Below are positions 25,470 to 29,734 of a stretch of 29,734 bases of DNA, one piece after another. Source of the DNA: a virus (lineage: Duplodnaviria; Caudoviricetes). A program made the position numbers and the translations under genes. The notes under the pieces are model-generated. The model was not told where the DNA came from. It did no database searches and worked only from the letters and a program-made list of their open reading frames with translations. Numbering within the stretch: the first letter of the stretch is position 1; each line of letters begins with the position of its first letter. The DNA lies in the IMG/VR virus record IMGVR_UViG_3300018416_001797, positions 1 to 29,734 of that record; one strand, given 5' to 3'.

Positions 25470-25799
25470 TGCCCTTTTAGCCATTTGGTTAACTTTAACT
25501 TCTGGTGGCATATTGCCTCCGCCTGGTTGAAGTTCGGACATTCCACCGTCGAGGTTTAGAGTAATCATGTTACCCTCTACGTTTTTAATTAGGTTTCTTA
25601 TTGTTGGGTTGTTAAACAACTGTGTAATACTAGCAGAATCTATGTGTGTGCCAGTGTTAGCAACCATTTTAACTAAACTGTCTACAGTAATGTTTGGTTG
25701 CAGGTCTCGGTCACTTGCTCTGCCTTTTAAGAACTCGAGAACAGAAGCCAGTTTTGCAACCAGCTTCTGATCATTTTCATGCAACTCAGAAAAGCGCAT
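25452..25799 (-). CDS. Hypothetical protein (putative head-associated)
   Basis: MRFSELHE N-terminus and V.QMAKRA C-terminus; coupled to the upstream gene. Confidence 0.6.
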   Translation of the reverse strand: MRFSELHENDQKLVAKLASVLEFLKGRASDRDLQPNITVDSLVKMVANTGTHIDSASITQLFNNPTIRNLIKNVEGNMITLNLDGGMSELQPGGGNMPPEVKVNQMAKRALNRRQ

Positions 25800-26431
25800 T
25801 AGCGCATCTCTCTGCCGACTGGCTCTTCCTCTTCAGGTTCCATTACAGGCTCTTCTGCAGGTAACTCGTCCATAGCAGGTTCTTCTGCAGGCATCTCACC
25901 AGCCATTGCAGGCTCAGGACCTTCACCAGTTAATACTTTACTAGCATCATCTAGTGCTGTCTTAGCGGCTTTCATAGCATCTAGCAAACCTTGTAATGTA
26001 GCACTTGCACTAGCAACATACTGTGTGCCTTTGCCCTCACCCATTTGGTCATTAATGCTATCGCCTAATGGTGGTAAATCTTCATTAAGCATTTCGCCTA
26101 AGTCTTCTACCATGCCTTGTAGTCTGTCAGTAATATCTTTAGCGGCTAATAATGCTTCAGCAGTTTGAAGTTCACCTTCAACTACTACTTCTACTTTACT
26201 GTCTAACCATTCAGTTACACTTTCTTTTACCATTAAAAGTTCCATGTAACGTGGGTTCTTCTCAGCAGAGTGGAATGCACTACTGTTGCGGATTTTTGTT
26301 AATCCTGACTCAATAGTTTCTAGTAAGCCTTCGGCTTTTTGTACTGTCATTTTGTTAAAGTTGACAGCAAAGCCAAATCTGCTTTCCATAACTTTTGTTG
26401 TGTTCTTTTTCTTTAAGTCGTTAAGTTGCAT
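25799..26431 (-). CDS. Hypothetical protein (putative prohead core/scaffold-like)
   Basis: Helical, with an acidic Pro/Glu-rich tail ending GREMR. TAAATA at 26461-26456. Confidence 0.55.
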   Translation of the reverse strand: MQLNDLKKKNTTKVMESRFGFAVNFNKMTVQKAEGLLETIESGLTKIRNSSAFHSAEKNPRYMELLMVKESVTEWLDSKVEVVVEGELQTAEALLAAKDITDRLQGMVEDLGEMLNEDLPPLGDSINDQMGEGKGTQYVASASATLQGLLDAMKAAKTALDDASKVLTGEGPEPAMAGEMPAEEPAMDELPAEEPVMEPEEEEPVGREMR

Positions 26432-26448
26432 TTTAAGAATTCCTAAAT

Positions 26449-26901
26449 TTAATTGTATTTAGCCAGAAAGATTGTTTTCTTACATTCTTGTTCTGTGCGT
26501 TGTTTATGTGGGAGTGCCTGAGTGTACCTAGCATAGTACAAAAAGAACTTATCTTTATCATCTTCTTTGTAATACTTTGTTAGTCTCTGTTTATAATGCT
26601 CAACGTCATGTGAGTAGTTTTCTAGTTTATGGTCTAATATAGCAATACTGTTGCAACGATCCATGTTACTTAGTTGGTAATAACTTGCGTAACAGACTGC
26701 ATGTTTTTGTTTGTAAAAACGATGGCGAGTGCCGCCAGGCAGTGTTATCATATACCCATTTTGGTCTTTCTTAACTTCTAACTGCCCTACCATGAGGCTA
26801 TCTCTACCTGATGACCAAAGTAGGGTAGGATTCTTAGTTAAGAGTTCAGGGAGGTGTTTATCAGTAAACTGTTTAAGTTTTTTGGCGGCTTGACGTTTCA
26901 C
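26449..26901 (-). CDS. Hypothetical protein
   Basis: 150-aa basic ORF in the operon. Confidence 0.6.
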   Translation of the reverse strand: MKRQAAKKLKQFTDKHLPELLTKNPTLLWSSGRDSLMVGQLEVKKDQNGYMITLPGGTRHRFYKQKHAVCYASYYQLSNMDRCNSIAILDHKLENYSHDVEHYKQRLTKYYKEDDKDKFFLYYARYTQALPHKQRTEQECKKTIFLAKYN

Positions 26902-26906
26902 TTTGT

Positions 26907-27170
26907 CTATGCGAGTACTTTAATAATAAGTGCTAGTAAAGCGGTAGATAGTACGCCTATTACGCCACCAGCAATAGTAATTAGTCTATTATTGATTGAC
27001 CGTGTAATTTTGTTCATATCCTCTTTTATACCGAGGACGTGAGAGGATAAGGAGTCCACACGTGATTCTAGTGTCTTAATATTTTTATTCAATTCTTCGT
27101 ACCTTTCGGCACATAAATCTACGTGAGCCTCGAGAGATTTCTTCTCGATTGTTTGGGACTTAATTGCCAC
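26907..27170 (-). CDS. Small coiled-coil protein with C-terminal TM helix (holin/XhlA-like architecture)
   Basis: LEAHVDLCAERY, heptad region and hydrophobic C-terminus; AGGAG SD. Confidence 0.6.
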   Translation of the reverse strand: MAIKSQTIEKKSLEAHVDLCAERYEELNKNIKTLESRVDSLSSHVLGIKEDMNKITRSINNRLITIAGGVIGVLSTALLALIIKVLA

Positions 27171-27208
27171 TACTCTTATCTCCTAGTTAGAGTTAATGTA
27201 AAATCCAT

Positions 27209-27286
27209 TGCCAAAATAGTCGAGCCTAAGTAGTGCCAGTATGCCTAAAAATGCCTTAATTAATGTGCCATAACCACTCGTATTTA
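27209..27286 (-). repeat. Leader with clustered GGCA repeats downstream of a TAAATA motif
   Basis: Plus-strand TGCC at 27209, 27234, 27242, 27252 and 27266, and AGCC at 27223. TAAATA at 27286-27281. Confidence 0.6.
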
Positions 27287-27292
27287 GTACCT

Positions 27293-27799
27293 TTATGTAC
27301 GGACTTTAAAGTATGTGTTTATCCCTAATTGCAACATGGGAATATCTATACTAGCAGTTTCATGTAGTCCTAATATAATAGGTATGTTTTGGCTGTCTTG
27401 TTCAAGTGCGGCTACAGGATTGTTGCCTTGTTTATAAACATCAGGCTGTTCTGCACTAAAACTAAAACGCCATACATCCTGTATGCTTTCCTTATCTTCA
27501 AATTCGTAAAGAGACAGGTTTTGTTTTCTTAGACGTCTTGGATCTTCTAAGTATACGGGTTGTCCACGTAAACTAATAACTTGTATTAGTGTTTCGTAGT
27601 TTCTTTGTTGGTTGCGACTACGAGTCCATGTCACTTCGTCGTTAATAATTTGGTCAGCATCATCTAAGAACATTGGCATACCTTCTTTATAGTATGCAAC
27701 AACTCCGGTCCTAGTTATGTCTACTAGTGTGTAGCAGTCTACTAGTCCAGCACCTTTGGCTTGGTTACTTGCTGAACTATAACCGTGTGCTTTACTCAT
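27293..27799 (-). CDS. Hypothetical protein
   Basis: TLVDIT.TG...RNQQRN.ET..QV.SLR.QP pattern; 168 aa. Confidence 0.6.
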   Translation of the reverse strand: MSKAHGYSSASNQAKGAGLVDCYTLVDITRTGVVAYYKEGMPMFLDDADQIINDEVTWTRSRNQQRNYETLIQVISLRGQPVYLEDPRRLRKQNLSLYEFEDKESIQDVWRFSFSAEQPDVYKQGNNPVAALEQDSQNIPIILGLHETASIDIPMLQLGINTYFKVRT

Positions 27800-28220
27800 A
27801 TGAAAACTTGCCTTCGAACGGTTCAGGGTTTTCGTTATGTAACGGGTCTATGTGTTTAAAATACCTTGCCCATTGCACACACTCATCTAAATTAGGATGT
27901 ATGATACAATCTATCGTTGTGTAGTTAAGCATTTCTGCAGTAACGAATCTGTTACATCCCATTTTTACACCCCATATCATACCGTCTTCGTTTATAATAG
28001 GTTTACGACTTATTCCTGATATTGCCTGTGCAATCCATAATCTTTCATCAACTTTACACACATGTATAGGGTACCACATCCCCTGTTCTTTCATAGTTGG
28101 CAAAGTTTTCCATTGTTCTCTGCCGTCCTTGTGTAAAGTCATAGGGCTTAGTTTACTTAATGGGACAGTTTGTATTCTTGAATCTCTGTATATACTTTGA
28201 CAGTTCATAAAAAAAGGCAC
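27792..28220 (-). CDS. Hypothetical protein, ParB-N-like; real start probably the ATG at 28208
   Basis: GM..PI.V...GCNR..A..L...I.C pattern. The listed start lies inside a terminator hairpin. Confidence 0.45.
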   Translation of the reverse strand: MPFFMNCQSIYRDSRIQTVPLSKLSPMTLHKDGREQWKTLPTMKEQGMWYPIHVCKVDERLWIAQAISGISRKPIINEDGMIWGVKMGCNRFVTAEMLNYTTIDCIIHPNLDECVQWARYFKHIDPLHNENPEPFEGKFSYE

Positions 28221-28241
28221 ACAAAATATGTATGCCTTTTT
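28209..28241 (-). terminator. Intrinsic terminator
   Basis: AGGCATACA-N5-TGTGTGCCT stem plus T-tract after 28263..28694. Confidence 0.75.
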
Positions 28242-28262
28242 ATTTATAGTGCTAAGTTGCTA

Positions 28263-28694
28263 TTATGTTAAATCTAAGCCAGGCTCTGTAACATCTGTAC
28301 CTGTAACATTGATTGAGTTCAATGTTGTAGTAGCACGAATAGATGCTTGCAACGCTGCCGCTGTCCAGCTAGAACCTTCAACTGCAACACTGATTTGACC
28401 TGTGTTGTCGCCTTCTACCTGATATGCTAAGATTGTTGCACTTCCTTCGTTTGTGCCGTCTGTGTAGTTTTGAACAATTTGTAAAATCTTTTCTACACAC
28501 TCGTTAGGACCCATTTCTGTTCTCATGTCCTGGTTAGAATCAGAACCGTTTTGAACAACGATTTTGAAAAATGCTAATTTACGTCCTGAAACGTCTACTA
28601 GTTCGTCTGCTGAAATATCGCCAATGTTTGCTTCTGATCTGTCGTATGTCACGTTACCTGATGGTGAACCGTGTACTCTTGTTAAATCTGCCAT
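28263..28694 (-). CDS. Putative virion structural protein, paralog 1
   Basis: MADLTRVHG...ILAYQVE.D.TGQISV.V.GS.WTA. Exact TATAAATA at 28732-28725 and AGGAG SD. Confidence 0.65.
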   Translation of the reverse strand: MADLTRVHGSPSGNVTYDRSEANIGDISADELVDVSGRKLAFFKIVVQNGSDSNQDMRTEMGPNECVEKILQIVQNYTDGTNEGSATILAYQVEGDNTGQISVAVEGSSWTAAALQASIRATTTLNSINVTGTDVTEPGLDLT

Positions 28695-28740
28695 CTGTAA
28701 AACTCCTTAATTAAGTATTTGTAGTATTTATACTAGTCAT

Positions 28741-28769
28741 AAAAAAAGGCGTATATGAAATACGCCTTT
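28741..28769 (-). terminator. Intrinsic terminator
   Basis: AGGCGTAT-N5-ATACGCCT stem plus T-tract after 28790..29245. Confidence 0.8.
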
Positions 28770-28789
28770 AGTGTTACTAAGGTATAAAA

Positions 28790-29245
28790 TTATGATGTTG
28801 CTAATTTCATGCCTGTGTCTGTTACTGTAGAACCTGATACGTCAACTGAGTTGTTACCAACTGTTGTACCTAATGCTCTTACTGCTGTCTGCATTGTAGA
28901 TGCTGTCCAGTTAGAACCAGCAACCATTACACTGATTTGACCTGTTGTGTCGTCCTCAACTTGGTATGCTAAAATTTCACCACCGTACTGTACATTAGAA
29001 ACGATAGAAGCCTGAACTGCCTTAAGATTTGCTTCAACAGAATCACCTGTATCGACTTCTGCTTGTAGGTCTACTGCTTCTGCAGAACCATTCTTAACTA
29101 TAATTGCCATCCATGCACATGATCTACCAACGTTTGCAACTGTAAGTGTTGCGTCCAATACGCCGTCTGCATCTGTATCGCCTTGGCTAAGGTCTACTGC
29201 AACTACGCCTAAAGGATCACCGTGTACTCTTGTTACGTCTGCCAT
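28790..29245 (-). CDS. Putative virion structural protein, paralog 2
   Basis: MADVTRVHG...ILAYQVEDDTTGQISVMVAGSNWTA. TAAATA at 29299-29294 and AGGAG SD. Confidence 0.65.
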   Translation of the reverse strand: MADVTRVHGDPLGVVAVDLSQGDTDADGVLDATLTVANVGRSCAWMAIIVKNGSAEAVDLQAEVDTGDSVEANLKAVQASIVSNVQYGGEILAYQVEDDTTGQISVMVAGSNWTASTMQTAVRALGTTVGNNSVDVSGSTVTDTGMKLATS

Positions 29246-29296
29246 TTTAAAACTCCTTAAATTTTATTGCCAGTATTATTACTGACTTAATGTTAT

Positions 29297-29734
29297 TTAT
29301 TTCAATTCTTTAAATTTTGACCAATATACATCAATATATGGGGTGTCGAGTCTAACATTTTGACGTAGACTAACTATAGTGGTCTTTTTCTGTGTATCAC
29401 TATAGTTGTTCCAGTATCCAACCAAGCGTCTTATGTTTTTAAGTTCGCCGTCTTGTATTTTAAGACTGCTTTCTAACTTAGTTAATAGTTCTCTGTCTCT
29501 AGTGATATGTCTATTGTCATTAATAATGTCCAACAAGTAACGTTTAATACCAAACATTGGTACGTGTACTGTCTTATCTGTTTTAAGATAAGTGTCGTAC
29601 TTGTCTTGATTACTAAGAACACTTATAAAATTGTACATATCAGTTTGAGCAGCCTTCATTCCCGGAAAACCTCCAAACTGATATGTTTTTCTAGCATACT
29701 GTTTAACCCAGTCTTTGTCATAATGTCTAATTAT
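29297..29734 (-). CDS. Hypothetical protein, 5'-truncated by the window edge
   Basis: The frame stays open upstream of the listed Met (IIRHYDKDWVKQYARKTYQFGGFPG-MKAAQ...) to the end of the window. Confidence 0.7.
   Translation of the reverse strand: MIRHYDKDWVKQYARKTYQFGGFPGMKAAQTDMYNFISVLSNQDKYDTYLKTDKTVHVPMFGIKRYLLDIINDNRHITRDRELLTKLESSLKIQDGELKNIRRLVGYWNNYSDTQKKTTIVSLRQNVRLDTPYIDVYWSKFKELK

Noticed and set aside
1790-27924. Many short ORFs in the track that overlap longer genes (e.g. 1790..2023, 2327..2881, 2674..2862, 2724..3080, 8777..9097, 12948..13343, 23817..24194)
   Set aside because: They are antisense or off-frame shadows of well-supported genes, with no RBS or recognisable motifs.
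1-29734. Alternative genetic code (stop-codon reassignment) as in some large phages
   Set aside because: Conserved genes are full length in the standard code, and TAA, TAG and TGA all occur as apparent stops.
1-29734. Bacterial chromosome origin suggested by clpX, clpS, rpsU, iscA-like, nrdAB and csgFG
   Set aside because: These genes lack their usual bacterial neighbours (clpP/lon, clpA, dnaG, iscSU). They are interleaved with PAAR, tail and other phage genes and with T4-late-like motifs.
1-29734. tRNA or tmRNA genes
   Set aside because: Intergenic gaps are short and I saw no cloverleaf or T-loop signature in them. A tRNAscan-SE/ARAGORN run would confirm.

Overview
This is a gene-dense, AT-rich fragment of a large lytic tailed (myovirus-like, jumbo-type) phage genome, coded almost entirely on the minus strand. 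The host is probably an aquatic Gram-negative bacterium (inference). Read in the direction of transcription (right to left), it has a block of putative virion genes with a tandem duplicated cassette, then IscA, a PD-(D/E)XK exonuclease and a beta-helix tail protein. Next come nrdA-nrdB-(insert)-glutaredoxin, a PAAR protein and a SleB-type hydrolase. A host-takeover block follows, with an ArfA-like micro-ORF missed by the ORF track, ClpX, ribosomal protein bS21, Hsp20 with a ROSE-like thermometer, ClpS and a DEDDh exonuclease. After several oxygenase/glycosyltransferase-like accessory genes comes a phage-encoded curli/type VIII secretion locus (csgF-csgG-curlin-FecR domain-curlin fusion). At the left edge, a sigma70 promoter and a preQ1-I-riboswitch-like pseudoknot precede a truncated gene that may be QueD-like. 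A T4-late-like TAAATA motif recurs upstream of many genes. The most notable items are the curli locus with a high-GC passenger domain fused to a curlin, the riboswitch-like leader, the ArfA-like peptide and a ClpX lacking the RKH loop. All family calls come from motif recognition by eye; no searches were run.
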